Source: Glaucostegus cemiculus (Eukaryota). From it: DNA of 64,000 nucleotides. Positions 25,801-38,842 of this stretch are shown one piece after another. Both the position numbers and the translations under genes were made by a program. The notes under the pieces are model-generated. The model did no database searches. It was given only the letters and a program-made list of their open reading frames with translations, and was not told the origin of the DNA. The DNA is taken from positions 14,136,001-14,200,000 of the forward strand of contig CDPCPM010000026.1 of the NCBI GenBank assembly GCA_976551045.1, in the 5' to 3' direction. How positions within the stretch are numbered: position 1 is the first letter of the stretch; every line of letters begins with the position of its first letter.

Positions 25801-26544
25801 TCATGGCATGAATAAAGATAGCTGGATCAGACCAAAGTGCTAAGGTTGCAACTCTGCTCTGTGCAGCCATGGTTGCTTGATCCAAGAGTGTCTCAGTGAT
25901 TGGAGCATGAGCAAGAGAAACCTTCTACGTCCTTTAAATATCATGGTCACTTGTGTGACAAATTGATTCACTATAATGTTGTGTTTAATGCGATTATCAA
26001 CATGTTTATTACATTCAGAATTTTGATCTACAATTTCTTTTAATTGCAGTTATTTCATCTGTATGTGTTTAGAACCGGACCGACATGAAGGTTAGCTGAA
26101 TGATTTCAAATCTCTTAAATAATCAAGGAGGTAGTGAAATTGTAACAGTGACTAATAATGAGAAGGGTGTCTGCTGACATTTTGGGTCAAGGGACAGAGG
26201 AAGTCATTAAAGCCATCACACTATCAGCTTCACTCTTGGATTACAAGCTTCAGTGCCTACTCTTGCCCACATTTGTGGATTAATCATTAAATTCTTCCAT
26301 TTCTGAAGATATGTCTTCATGTTTCTGTACCTTCCTTAACCCCGATTCTCTCTGCATTACTACGGATGCTGAAAGATAAAATAGTGCGGCCCACTTTGTT
26401 TACTATATGCTCTCGAGACCCCCTACAGTATTTACGATGGTTGATCTTTGTTTCATTGATGGAATGGAAACCCTGCTCACATATATTGTCGTTTCACTCT
26501 CTGGGATCCTGGTAGTTACATGTTATGTCTCGGTCACAGAGGAA

Positions 26545-26840
26545 CCTGTTGGCACTGCAGGTTGTGCTACTGCCTCCAAGCTCCAGGTACTTGGGTTGGA
26601 TCCTGTGATCATGCAGTTTCTTCCAGGTGCTGTGATTTTCTCAAAAATCTTTAAGGTTTATTGGTCAATGTAAATTTTCCCTAGTGTAGGCAGGGGATAG
26701 TAGAATCAGGCTGGAATTGATGGGTACATGAGAGAGAAAAGGTTGCAAAGTAATAAGTGGGGGAAGGGAATTGATGGGATTGTTCATGAGCTGGCATAAA
26801 CCTGATGGGTTGAATGACCACCTTCTGTGTCATTCAAAAA
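26545..26840 (+). mobile_element. HE1-type V-SINE, decayed
   Basis: ACTGCCTCCAAGCTCCAG...GGGTTGGATCC head, TGTAAATTTTCCCTAGTGT core and CR1-type tail. Confidence 0.65.
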
Positions 26841-26928
26841 TAAATGGCAGGTATGAACCTGAATAGCACAGCTTTTTCATTTTGTCTGTTGACATTCATC
26901 ACACAGCTATGGACTTGAAGGATCTATA

Positions 26929-27140
26929 CAGGTGACCCCCGCATTATAGGGAATCGCAATTTTCTGTAATGCACACATGTCAGGAAATGCGAGTTGAAAG
27001 AAATAAATTTTGTGTTTCTTTACTTACTTTTCTCTGATAAATTTTATCAGTGAGTTTTTTCCATTTCCCCGATTTTTTAGTAGTGATTTGTAAATTCTGC
27101 AAAGGTGAATTTCTGTAATGCTGTTACATAGAGACACCTG
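26929..27140. mobile_element. Tc1/mariner-pogo (Tigger-like) MITE
   Basis: TA|CAGGTG...CACCTG|TA: TA duplication with imperfect terminal inverted repeats. Confidence 0.7.
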
Positions 27141-28194
27141 TACTATATTTGATTTGCAATCTGGGAGAAAATATAATGAAAAGCTTTCAAACCAGAAGAC
27201 ATTGTAATTATATTTAAGTAGTAAATGGGAATGAGGACTTATTAAAGTTAGATGAAGGTTATAATGGAAATGAGGAAATAATAGATTTGTTAAGTGAATC
27301 CTTCATCACCATTTTCCCAGCAGAAAAATATACAATATGACTGTAGTGCATGAGAATCTCAAAGTATCAAGGGAATAAACTTGGTGGGTTGAACATAGGT
27401 TTTAAAACATGGTAAATGAGTTACACAATGGAGCTTAAGAGGTAGATCTCCATGACCCAGTACGCCAGGATATTAAAGGAAATGAATGAGAAAATTGAAA
27501 TGCACCAGTTATACTTGTCCACAACTCCTTAAACTAAAGAATAGTGCATTTGGATTGGAAAACGACGTGCATGGAAAGCTGGCAAAACACCAGGAAACCA
27601 CCAACCTGTCAGTTTAATATTGTGGAGAAGTAACTGGAATCTTTCCTCAGATTCCCACTTGGCATTGAACATTTGGACAAATCTTAGAGAGCAGATCCAA
27701 GATCTGAAGGCTAAGTCATGTGTGACTAGAACTTTTCAGTGATCACCACATTGATGACAGAAGAGTATTCACAAATATCTCTAAACAGACTACCTGAAAG
27801 CATGAAAGTGCAAGGCATTGATAATGCTGCAGCATAGATTGAAAACTGATTGATGGGTAGGAGGAGAAAGATTACAGAGATAATTGAAATGTTCTCTGAT
27901 TGGTCCTATGTGAATGTGGGTTTTGCATCAATGTGACTGCATCTCAACTGTTCACTACATGTATTAAACAAATAAGAAAGCAATGGTGAGTTGGACATCC
28001 AAGTTTCCAGATGCAGTAGGAGAAAAAAGTTATAAAGGGATGCAGACAGAAAAGAGAGTAGACAAAACCTTGGAGCTTAGGATGTAGGGAAGAGCATGCT
28101 CATTTGCTTTAGCTCTGACAAAGACAAATAGGTCATTTTCTAATTGGCAAGAGACTAGAATCTGTGGAACAACAAAGAGATTTAGATAAAACAA

Positions 28195-28283
28195 AGAGAA
28201 AATAGTATAAATGCTGAGATCAAACAGAATCTGTGGAGAGAGGAAAAGCGTTAATGTTTTAGATCAATGACCTTTCATCAGAG
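28195..28283 (-). mobile_element. Penelope pLTR fragment with decayed hammerhead motif, nested in CR1
   Basis: Minus strand CTGATGA-A-AGGTC-ATT-GATCT-AAAAC-ATT-AAC at 28248-28283. Confidence 0.65.
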
Positions 28284-28857
28284 GGACTTGGTATCCATGT
28301 ATAAAATCAGTAAGAGCTGGCGTGCAGGTACAAAAGACAATTAGGGGGCTAATGGAATGTCAGCCTTTATCAAAAGGGGATTGGAATTCAAAAATGAGGA
28401 AGTGATGTCTTTGTCGTATGTAGCCTGCATTCAGACTTTATCCCAGCCGATTTATATTGCCTCCGAAAGTGCGGTTTCTAAAGCAGCTTTGGAGTTGTCA
28501 CCTTCCAAAATTCTGTAGATTATAGAATGGTTTCTACAGATTGGAGGCTGGCAAAAGTAAGCTATCTATTAAAAAAAACCAGAAAAAACAAGGAAGTACA
28601 GATCTGTTAGCCTAACATCAGTAACACAAAAATGCAAGAGTCTACTGCAAAGGATTTGATAACAGGACACTTAGAAAATATCAACAGGATTAGGCAAAGT
28701 CAGTCTGGATTAATGAAATAGAAATCATTTTTGACAAGCCAACTGAGTTTTTTGAGGATGTAACTGGGAGAATAGATAACTGAGATCCAATAACTGTGGC
28801 ATTTTCAGGAGATCCTTGATAAAGTATAACATGAAGCACAAAGGATTTATGATAGTA

Positions 28858-29303
28858 CAACAAACTCCAGATTTCAACACCCAAATGTGTGAAAATCCTG
28901 ATGGCCCAGCATTTAGTTTACTCATTAGTCTGAAATGTGAGCCTGGTGTCCAGACTATAAACTGACGTCCAGAGCCAGGGGTCCATGGTGCAGCCAGGGA
29001 CAGAATCCATGCTGTTGTCTGGGTATGCGTCTGGAGCTGGAGTTGGGAACTAGAATGCCAGGGGGGTCAGGAAGGTGGGTAGGTCTGTGGCTGCAGCTAA
29101 GTTCTGGAGCACTTCTATCTTTCCCACTCCCTTTAAGCTCAACTGGTTCACTGGAAAATGTATTGTGCTACTGTGTAACATGTAAAAAATGAGAAATAAA
29201 AGTTTGTTTGGGTATTGGTAGGAGTTACATCCAATAATCTGGATAATCTGCTAGTCAGGCACCGCCAAACTCCCTAGGGTGTTGCATTATTGGAGTTTTA
29301 CTG
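28858..29303. mobile_element. Non-autonomous pogo/Tigger-like DNA transposon inserted in CR1
   Basis: TA|CAACAAACTCC ... GGAGTTTTACTG|TG termini; the CR1 reading frame resumes across the insertion. Confidence 0.65.
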
Positions 29304-30129
29304 TGTATTGGCATGGACTGAAAATTGGTTGACAGAAGAGAAACAAAGGGGAGGAATAAATGGGTCTTTTTTTTGGGATGCCAGGCTATGAGGTACTGCA
29401 GAGATCAAGGGCTTTAGTCCAGGCTATTCGCAATATCCATCAACAAATAGATAAAGTATAATAAGTTTACCAATGATGTGAAATTGGTTGGGACTGCAAA
29501 TTATAAGGAGGATGCAAAGAAGCTTCAAGATGATAAAGACATATTGTGTGAGTTGTCAAATACACGACAGATGCAGTATAACATGGATAAATGTGAAGTT
29601 ATCTACTTTGGTAGGAAAACAGAAAGACAGTCTAATATATGAATGGTGACTGATTGGGAAATGTTGACACAGAAAGGTACAGTAGGTAGTTAGGAAAACA
29701 AATGGTATGCTGTCCTTCGTTGTAAGAAGTTTTGAGTACAGGAGTAAGGAAGTCATACCACAATTACGCAGGGCCTTGGTGAGACCACCTGGAATGTTAT
29801 TTGCAGTTTTGGTCTCCTTACCTCAGAATATATATTCTTGCCATTGAGTAATTGTTACTGAGAAATTAGTTCACCTGCTGGTAAAATTCAGAACAAGAGA
29901 ATTTAATCTTAATATTAGAATAAGACCATTTAAGATTGAAATGCAGAACAACATCTTTTGCACAAAGGATAGTGGAAATCTGGAGGTGAAATGGAGTTTT
30001 CAAGAACGATATGGCAAGTTTTTATTATGTAAGATTGATAAAGTAAATGAAACAAAAACTAAGAAATTGTGTACATTAGTAATCCTTTTATGTGCAAATT
30101 GTGCATGAAGGTGATTTAATTTGGGTTTA

Positions 30130-30600
30130 ACCACTCTAGGTGAAATCATACCCGTCAGGAAAATGGCCTGGGTACTCCCATGTACAGTTCACTTCAGTGT
30201 GTGTGATTTTTCCCTGGTTGAGATATTCATCTAATTAAGTCATTGTTATGTGCTATATGTTTCCTCTCTTGTTAATATAAATTAGAGCTTTTGGGTGTAA
30301 CCTGTGGCTTCACTGAACAGTCACAAAAATATTAGGAGTGCATGGCACTGAGATCACCAGTAAGAACTCAACTAAAAGATCTCTATCTGACATAACTGTC
30401 TTACACACAGCATCTGGCAGCCTCAATGACTTTTCAGTGCTTGAGATGTTTGAAAACATGTCACCGATTGCAGCTTCTTTTACATTTTGCACATTGGAGC
30501 TATAAGCTGTGATTTCTGCATCATTGATCAGTGATATGGGACCACTCATGGCATGGAAGATGTTCTCACCCAACTGATTAGATGGAGGATGCCCTCACTC
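30130..30600 (-). mobile_element. Highly decayed Harbinger transposase fragment
   Basis: AAIGDMFSNIS...PNI, then LIYINKRG and PGKSH in the order expected for HARBI1-like transposases. Confidence 0.45.
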
Positions 30601-30661
30601 AGAGAAGATTGACATGTTCCTTCCTCCACATTTTCCATCAACTCCAGTCTTTTCCACATTT

Positions 30662-30769
30662 CTTTCCAGTCCTGATGAAGGGTCTCAGCTTGAGATGTCA
30701 ACTATTCATTTCCCTCCATTGATGCTGCCTGACCTGCTGAGTTCCTCCAGTATTTTGTGTGTGTTGCTT
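30662..30769 (+). mobile_element. 108-bp Penelope pLTR-derived insert with decayed hammerhead and 12-bp TSD
   Basis: CAGTC-CTGATGA-A-GGGTC-TC-AGCTT-GAGAT-GTC-AACTA at 30667-30704. Flanks TTTTCCACATTT (30650-30661) and TTTTCTACATTT (30770-30781). Confidence 0.8.
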
Positions 30770-31769
30770 TTTTCTACATTTGTTGTGTTTAGTTGCCATA
30801 GGAAAGTTCCTGTGAGGTCTAATGCTCTCCCCAGTGATCAGGGTAGCAGAAATAGAATAACTGGGATCTATTCCTGCACCCCTCATCATCAACTGGACAT
30901 GTCCCATTTTAGCCCCTGGTTCTGGATGTAAACTATGATGCTATTGTCCTGAATGTACCTTTGGTCAATTTCCTAATTTCTTGCTGGGAAACTGATTAAC
31001 CATGAATGCCAAATGTCTGGCACTGCAAAAGAAGGATGAAATCTGGCTTCACGGCAAAAGATGAGCTCGTGCTGCCAAAAATTGGATTGCATTTTTATTG
31101 ATACGCTGAAGCATTGGAGTCATAGTTATAGAGTAAACATTTTTGCATTTAGTATGAGCACCAAATTAGGTCCCTTCAAATAGATTGCAAATTGATTAAA
31201 AAACAAGTTGCACCTCAAAAGCTGTTGAATACTGAAACAACTTCATTGTAACACAGCTTTCAAGCTTTCACCACTTTAGTGCACAGTGCTTAGTGAAGAA
31301 CATCAGTCCTCATCCAGTAGTATGCAGGATGCCACTGGGAGAGGAAGGTTGCAGGGCAGGGTGTCTACTTTATTGTACATTTTTGTGTCTTCTCCTTTGG
31401 GGTCAGCTAACATCCCATAGTCACCTGCCACACTGTATGCTCCCTGTGTGATGACCTGAGCATAACATTATTTTCTTGTTAGTTGTACTCTTCTAAAAGC
31501 ACTGCTGTTTGTTCTAGCACAAATTGAGCACTTTGAAATGTGAATGGCCAGTCTCCTGTGAGCTTTAGAGCTGTCTTATGAGATGTCCCAATTTCAGCAT
31601 AACATCTTATTAATGTCTCCTGAATAAAGTAAGAGTGCAATGTGCTCTTCTCCAAGTTCTCCTCAGTGATACTTGTGCTCCAATTCATGTTGGTATGGGC
31701 TCAAATTTGACCAGTGGCAGGCCTAAAGATTGGGTGGGCCAAGAACTTGAAAAATGGAATATGAGATTA

Positions 31770-33235
31770 AACAGGCAAGAAATGTAAAAATGGACTGTAA
31801 GAGGTTCTATGAGTACATGAAAAGGAAAAGGTGAGCCCGGGCAATTAGGGGTTCCTTACAGACAGAGATGGTGAAGTTATAATGGGGAATAAGGAAATGG
31901 CAAAAGAAGTGAGCAACTAATTTGTTTCTATCTTCACAGAGGAATATACAAACAAATCTCCTGGAATTACCAGTGAACCAAAAGTCTCGTGAGAATGAGG
32001 AATTGAAGGAGATAAGTTTTACTAAGAAATAGTGTTAAACGTTGGTGAGACTAAAAGCTGATAAATTCCAAGGAGTCAGTGGTCTACATTCTAGAGTTTT
32101 GAAAAAGGTAGTTGTGGAGATAGTGAATGTCTGGTCATCATCATCCAAAAGTTCTACAGATTCTTGAATTGTTCCTGTGGATTGGAGGGTAGCAAATGTT
32201 GCCCAGCTATTTAAGAAGAGGCAGAAATATAACAGAGAACCATCAATCTGTTAGCCTACTGTCAGTAGTAGAGAAAATGTTGGTAAATAATGGTTCTAAT
32301 CACTGACCACCTTTCAAAAATTAATATGATTAAGCAATGTCAGCATGGATTTATGAAAGAAAAATAATACTTGATTAATCTGCTGGAGACCTTTGAGATT
32401 GTGACAAACAGATAAACATGGGCAATCAATGGATGTGATGTATTTGGATTTTCAGAAGGCTTTTGATAAGGCCCCATACTGGAGGTTGGTGAACAAGATT
32501 AGTGCACAGGAAGTTGCGGATAGTATACTGAAATGACTGAGAATGATTATCAGTCAAAAAAGAGGGAAGAAATGGATCTTTCCTAGGCCATAACTAGTGG
32601 GGCACCACAGGGATCAGTGTTTGGGCCCCAGCTATTCATAATATACGTGAATGATTTGACTGTGGAGACTAAATGTCATATTTCTATGTTTGCTGATAAT
32701 ACAATGGGCTTTATGAGTAGCGATGAGCCAGTAAAGAGGTTTCAAGAGAATATAGACAAGCTGATATGGGGGCAAGAACATTGCCGATGCAATATGTGAA
32801 AAAATGCAGTCATCTGCTTTTTTATGATTTGTTAGGTAGTGCGAGATTGGGTAATGTTGATTTTCAAAGGGACCTAAGTGTCTTCTACAAAGTCACTGAA
32901 AACCAACGTTCAGATAAAACAAGAATTGCAAGGGCAGATGGCACATTGGCCTTTGTTATAGGAGGAGTTGAATACAGATGTTTTACTGCAAATCTTTCGG
33001 GCCTTGGTGAGATTGCACCTGGAATATTATGTACATTTCTGGTTTCCTTACCTAAAAAAGAATGTACTTGCCAGGGAGGAAGAGGAGTAATGATGTACTA
33101 GACTAGTCCCAGGGATGGTGGATTTGCTGTCTGAGAAGAGATTGAATAAATTACACCTGTATTCTCTAAATAAGAGATCTCACTGACAATATTCTTACAG
33201 GGCACAACAGGTTGGATACAAGGAATGCCTCATCC
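31770..33235 (+). mobile_element. CR1 LINE ORF2, decayed
   Basis: DWRVANVAQLFKK, QHGFMK, MDVMYLDFQKAFDK and SGAPQGSVFGPQLFIIYVNDL...SMFADNT. Confidence 0.95.
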
Positions 33236-33964
33236 TGCTCCTATTTCTTATATTCTTATATTCTCTTAATGAGTAAATTCTGTTCCTGTCAAATGCAAAC
33301 TGTTCCATTTCTGATATAAAAGCTCCTTCGCACCAATCAGTTACAATGAGGTCTTTGGAGATAGAGTGGTCCATCAAATAGAGTGGATGCACTCTGTTCT
33401 GGCCAAGACAATATATTAGAGCAACCCAGGAAACAAGGCCACCTAAAGAGGTAAGTACTGAAGTCATCCTGTCTACTAATGAAAGAAATCAAAGCAATTT
33501 TATTGCCACTGATCTGGGTGAACTTCTCAAGCTCTGGGAAATCAAAGACAACAATCTAAGTAGTTGACCTGGCTATATATAATAAAAATTGCTCTGCAAT
33601 TTAAACTGGATGAGTTGTACACTGCTGTAGAGAAAATACTTCAGGATGTAGTCCTCCAGCCATTGTTTAGGTTTCCATATTGTATATGTGCTGTGAACCG
33701 ATAGACTTTTACCCTTTGGGCCAGTAATCTGTTCTATCTATCAGCCACTAACACGCTCCGGATTTATGCCAAATTTGTCAATAGCCTGCTTGTAAAATGT
33801 GAGAGTATTGTATTTCCAAGGCACACATGGTAATTCTATTACACTGATGTGAGGCATATCTCTCGGGTTTAGCCTTCATCTAAAGCTTCTCCTATTTTAA
33901 CAGAACTAGAACTTGTGTTGATAGGTTTCTGAGCTGAAGACCATATGATTAGAACACAATGTCA

Positions 33965-34335
33965 GCTGTAGTATTTGAATCAGAAGGTTGCAGACTTTGG
34001 TCCAATTCCAGATAGTTTAGCACCAAAGTCTAGATTGACACTGAAGCGCAGGACTGAGGTGGTGCTGCCCTGTCGGAGGTGCCACCTTTCCAATGGGCCA
34101 TTAAGCTGAAGCTCTGCTGATCCTGTTCCAGTCTTCAGAAGAAATACAGGAGCATTATCTATGGTGTTGTGACCAATATTTAGTCTGCAATCAACCTTGC
34201 CATTTGCAGGAGCTTGTTATGCATAATTTAGCTGGTCTTTTTCCTTTATTACAACAGTGTATACTTCATTAGGTGTGAAGTGTTTTGCAGCATCCTGACT
34301 GGAACATGAGAGGTGCTATAGAACTGCAAGCTGTT
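33965..34335 (+). mobile_element. Deu-domain SINE (SacSINE1/AmnSINE1-like)
   Basis: GAATCAGAAGGTTG head, GTGCTGCCCTGTCGGAGGTGCCACCTTTC and GGTGTTGTGACCAATATTTA core, AGGTGCTATAGAACTGCAAG tail. Confidence 0.75.
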
Positions 34336-34834
34336 TGATTAGTTTTAGGAGGGCAGCCCCTGTGCACTGTTCTTCTGCTCGGGGGACTGGTTACTCTGTT
34401 GGCCGGCTCAGAGCTGCTATTACATGGTGACATGCAGAGAATAAGTGTGTGGGCCTACTTTCCTGCAGTTACATAACTGATACCCACTTCCTCAAGAAAG
34501 GGACTAATCATAGACCTACATTGGTTTCTTGGGTCAATATTTCATGGAAGCAGGGCTTGTTTGCATTATAGAGTGGAGCTGAAAGGAATCAGCCATTAGG
34601 TGCTATACTCTGAAAGCATTTAATAACAATTACTGTTATGGGTCAGTGCAGGATTAATGGAGCTGGTTGAATCACTTTTCATTTTTCAAAAAATTATATT
34701 TGTATCAAAAGTCAATTAAGTCTAAAGATAAAGAGATTGTAGTTAATTCCAGAAAATTTACTTTTCATTCTTGGCATCTTTCTGTGTGTTAGCTGAAGGG
34801 GACTTTGATGTTGTTGGCATTTCAGGTTTTCTTA

Positions 34835-35035
34835 ATTTATTTATTCATTTATGAGGATGTGTTTAGCTGATCCTTAATTGTCCCAGAGAAGGCGGTGATG
34901 AGCCATCTTCTTGCGCCAGTGCAGTTGTTCGTGTGAAGGTACTCCCACAGTGCAGGGAGCACTGGGATTTGGACCCAGTGTCAGTGAATGACTGGTGATA
35001 TATTTCCAAGTCAAGATGGTGAGATAATGTGGTTT
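34835..35035 (-). mobile_element. LINE (CR1/L2-type) 3' tail
   Basis: TILTWKYI...KKMAHHRL peptide and TTTATTTATTCATT reverse tail. Confidence 0.65.
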
Positions 35036-36414
35036 CCAGCTCTTCCTTTTAAATGAAAAATCTAGACGTTGTTGTAATTTTCTTATCCTCTTTATATATT
35101 TGAGAAAAATGAAGACAAATAGCCCCTCCACAATTATTCTTTATTATGCTAATGCTAATTGCACTTACCACAAAAAAGTCAGCAACTTTTTGAAACTTGA
35201 CAGATTTTCAGAAGATGTCTGTCGTTACTTGAAACAAATCACAATTAGATAACGCATTGTCAAAGCTTCATATTGTGTTTGTTGACAGCTATGCTATGAA
35301 TTACAATAACAGCACAGCATTTTATGCATTTTGTGCTTATTCTTTTGTCACCAGTTTATTCCGGAATATCAAAAATATTCTCCCGAATTTTGCCACATGC
35401 AAATCCTGTCATTATATCAAAGTAAGTGTAAACTAATCATAACAATGAACGTAAAGGTGTAGTGAAGTTTTAGCATTGAAGAATCTGCTTTCACACCAGG
35501 CATGGTATCTTGCCAAAACAAATCCCACTGGGTAAAATTCAAACTCTACAGATGCCTTTTCCCTCATTATTTGCTGACACTAATTCATTAACAAATTTTT
35601 ACTAAAAATAATAATAAAATGCATTATGAAAGAAACCCATACACTATTCATGCATTTTTTTTCTCCTGAAGATTGTCACCTTAAATACAAGAAGTCAGCA
35701 AAGTCTGGCCACTGCAATATCTCATTGCTCAAAATTATAATGGCTGTATTTATATAGGATTTAAGGTAATACAAGATTGGATTTGAGCTAACAATGAGCC
35801 TATGTAAGGAACTGTAAGAATGCATTGGGCTTGAGTGCACACTCTAGCTGCTTGAACTTGGACTTTGCATAAACTGCATTGCACACAGCCTACCAGAACA
35901 CTTTGCTTTCACACTTGAATTACAAGGAATGTTAATGAAAAATGAAGCATCCAACACAATTACTCCAATGTCGGGTTTTACTTCTAACTCATAAGAGACC
36001 GGCTTTTGAGTTAAAGCTTTTATTTAGCAAAGGTCTTTGACTGTCAGATTGGATGCTGCGTTCTCTGACATAGACTGCTCTAGTATCTCCTGCAGCCTCT
36101 CCCAAACCTGCATGGCAGTGTTACTTTAGTGGTGGCAGGTGGGGATGGGAATGGAGGTGGTGGTGGTAAAGCCATTGATGTCTCTCATACCTGCATAAAA
36201 TTTTGCAAGCACTCACTGTCCTGATAAGCCATTGCAATTGTGAATGCTGAAAGATTGAGAATGAATTAAATGGGGATTAAGCCTATATCTCAGTGCCATA
36301 TTGGCACTGATTGCTGCACCTCAATCAGAGCTTTGTCTTTGGCTTTAAAAATTGCAGTTTGATGCATGAGGTGTACTTGGTAGCAACTTCCTAAGATTAT
36401 AACAACAGATGTTC

Positions 36415-36815
36415 TGTTGGTAGCAAGAGTCAGAATCAGATATGAGCTCAAACCACACCCTAAAGGTGAAACATTACAAGGTAAACTGGCATCCCACTAT
36501 AGCACAGAGGGCAAACTATTTTGTCAGAGATGTTGCCTTTTGGATGGGACATTAAGCAAGGACCCTATCTGCTCCCTTAGGTCTATGTGGACAATTCCAT
36601 ATCATTAATTTGGAGAAATGTAGATCTCCTTAGTGCCCTGGCAATACTTAATATTCAGTCAACATCATTAAAACAACTTACCTGGTCATTATTACATCAC
36701 TGCAGGTGCTTACTATGCTGACAAATTGAGTGCAATCACACACAAAATACATCATTGGTTGCAAAAGCCTTTGGGACATCATGGTTGGTGTACGTAATTG
36801 ATGCCTTTTAGTTCA
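36415..36815 (+). mobile_element. Deu-domain SINE, decayed
   Basis: TGTCAGAGATGTTGCCTTTTGGATGGGACATTAAGCAAGGACCC core and CTGGTCATTATTACAT. Confidence 0.7.
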
Positions 36816-38257
36816 AGACAAGGTCTGGTTTTTTTTGCCCCACCATTGGGGTGTAAACTGTCAGTAGCTGAATGCATAAGATGGCTCAGATCTTCTATTT
36901 AAATAGAACTCCTACACAGAATTACTGTTTTTACTTACTTATCTGCATGGAACTTCATGACTCCTGTGCAAAGCAGAAATCTGGAGTTCCCTCACAGCGG
37001 ATCACTGCTGGCTGCAACATTGTGCTCCATCAGTGGATCTTCATGGTCTATGGGGGAGTTCAAAACTTCCACAGAGCTTCCAAAAGTTAGGCTGGGTCAT
37101 CTGCTCAGTGAGCCTGGTACAGGTCTAGCAGGGCTCCTGCTTTTGCTGAAGAAGCTCAGCTGGAGCAGAAATTGTAAGTAAAGACTAATTGCCATCTAAT
37201 TTAAATATAGTTAATTGTTTTTAATTGGTTTCTTGTGTTCTTCACTTATTAAGAATTTTATTTTGTTATGGTACATTTCATTTTTACTTCTGAATATTTG
37301 AGAATGTGAACTTCACAAACATTTCATCTCTTTGATAACTTTGAAAACCGGGAAGCTTGGAGAGGGACTAAATGGCCGCAAAGCAATTCTGGAGTAACCC
37401 CGCTAGTTTTGATTGGATAGGCCCTGCTTTGGTACTCACCAATCAGCTAGGGGACATCTCAGCTGGGGATGATTAAGCAGGAACCCTCTCCAGGTAAGAG
37501 TGGATTGCAGGGGCCGGTGCGTTCACTGGTAGTGGAAGATCTGGGCCAATGAAATTCAGGAAAGTACATGGTGATTAAAGTCATACTAGAAATTATACCT
37601 AACTGCATTTGAGACAGTAACAGAAACATTCTTAATAATGACACTAGTCAAATACAGCACACCCGAAATAGTACAGTAGAATGGAATGAATCAACAGACT
37701 TGTTATATAAAAATAGTGTTAATGGTTTTGTTAAAGAAGACCAGTTAAGAAAGACTCTGTAAAATCCAAGTTTAATTATAACCTTTTCAGATTTAAACTT
37801 TTAATATTAAAACTTGAAAACAACTGCTCTGTGTTGTTGTGCCAATTTAAGCCAGTAACCAAGGCAACAGAATGTACCCATGATAAATATATATCTGTTT
37901 GCCATTTATAAAAATTCACCAATCAGCATTAACATTGAACTGTGCCAGCAGAATCAAACATTAGCTTTTGAAAAGGAAACTGGACCTAGCAACTTTGCAG
38001 TATTATAAAGCAAACTGACATGCAATTACCATTTCCATAGCTTACAAACTGTGCAGAAGCTGTGAGCATTGCCATTAAAATTAAGTTCTCTTTTAGTTTA
38101 TGTCCTGAACCTTCTCTTGGGAAGTTTTGTGCTGGGTTCCAATGATTTGTACCCAAATTTTGACCAGCACTCCTAAAGTTCAGTCTCCTGAAGAAGGTAT
38201 GTGAGGATAGCTAGGAGTGTCAGGAGGTGTAAAGTGTGGGGTGGGGCTGTCCAATTA

Positions 38258-38842
38258 AATAGAACAGAACAGTACAGCACAGAATGGGCCCTTTGACCCA
38301 TGAAGTTGTGCCGAACTATATGTACACCTCCTCCATGATCAATCTAACCCTTCCCTCCCGCACAGCCCATATCCTTCCATTTTTTCTTATTCCATGTGCC
38401 TATCTAAGAGCATTTTAAAGGTCCCTATTGTATCAGCCTCTACAACTTCACCCAACAGCGTGTTCCAGGCACCCATCACCCTCTGTTTAAAGAACATACC
38501 TCTGACATCTCCCCTGAACATTCCTCCTCTGACCTTAAATGGGTATCCTTTTGTATTGGCTATTGCTGCACTGGGGAAAAGGTGCTGGCTGCCCACTCTA
38601 TCTATACCCCTCATAATCATATAGACCTCTATCAAGTTGCCTCTCATCCTGCGTCACTCCAAAGAGAAAAGCCCTAGCTCGCTCAACCTTTCCTCATAAA
38701 ACATATTCTCTAATCCAGGCAGCATCATGGTAAATCTCTTTAGCAACCTCCTTCCCATAATGAGGTGACAAGAACTGGCCACAATAGTGTGGTCTAAGCA
38801 GAGTTTTATAGAGCTGTAACATTACCTCACAGCTCTTGAAGA
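38258..38842 (-). mobile_element. CR1/HER1 LINE 3' part, relatively young
   Basis: MRGNLIEVYMIMRGIDRV...FKVRGGMFRGDVRGMFFKQRVMGAWN; AGAACAGAACAGTACAGCAC reverse tail. Confidence 0.95.

Larger units (their letters stand above)
27240..30070 (+). mobile_element. Composite of decayed CR1 LINE ORF2 fragments with nested insertions
   Basis: RT motifs in broken frames (YRSVSLTS, LAWTENWLT, KFTNDVKL, VRKTNGMLSFVVRSFEYRSKEV); at least two elements. Confidence 0.85.

Noticed and set aside
36830-37560. GC-richer patch, possibly a non-autonomous DNA transposon (similar patches at 13560-13780 and 38950-39300)
   Set aside because: Could not establish TIRs, a TSD or a family by eye.
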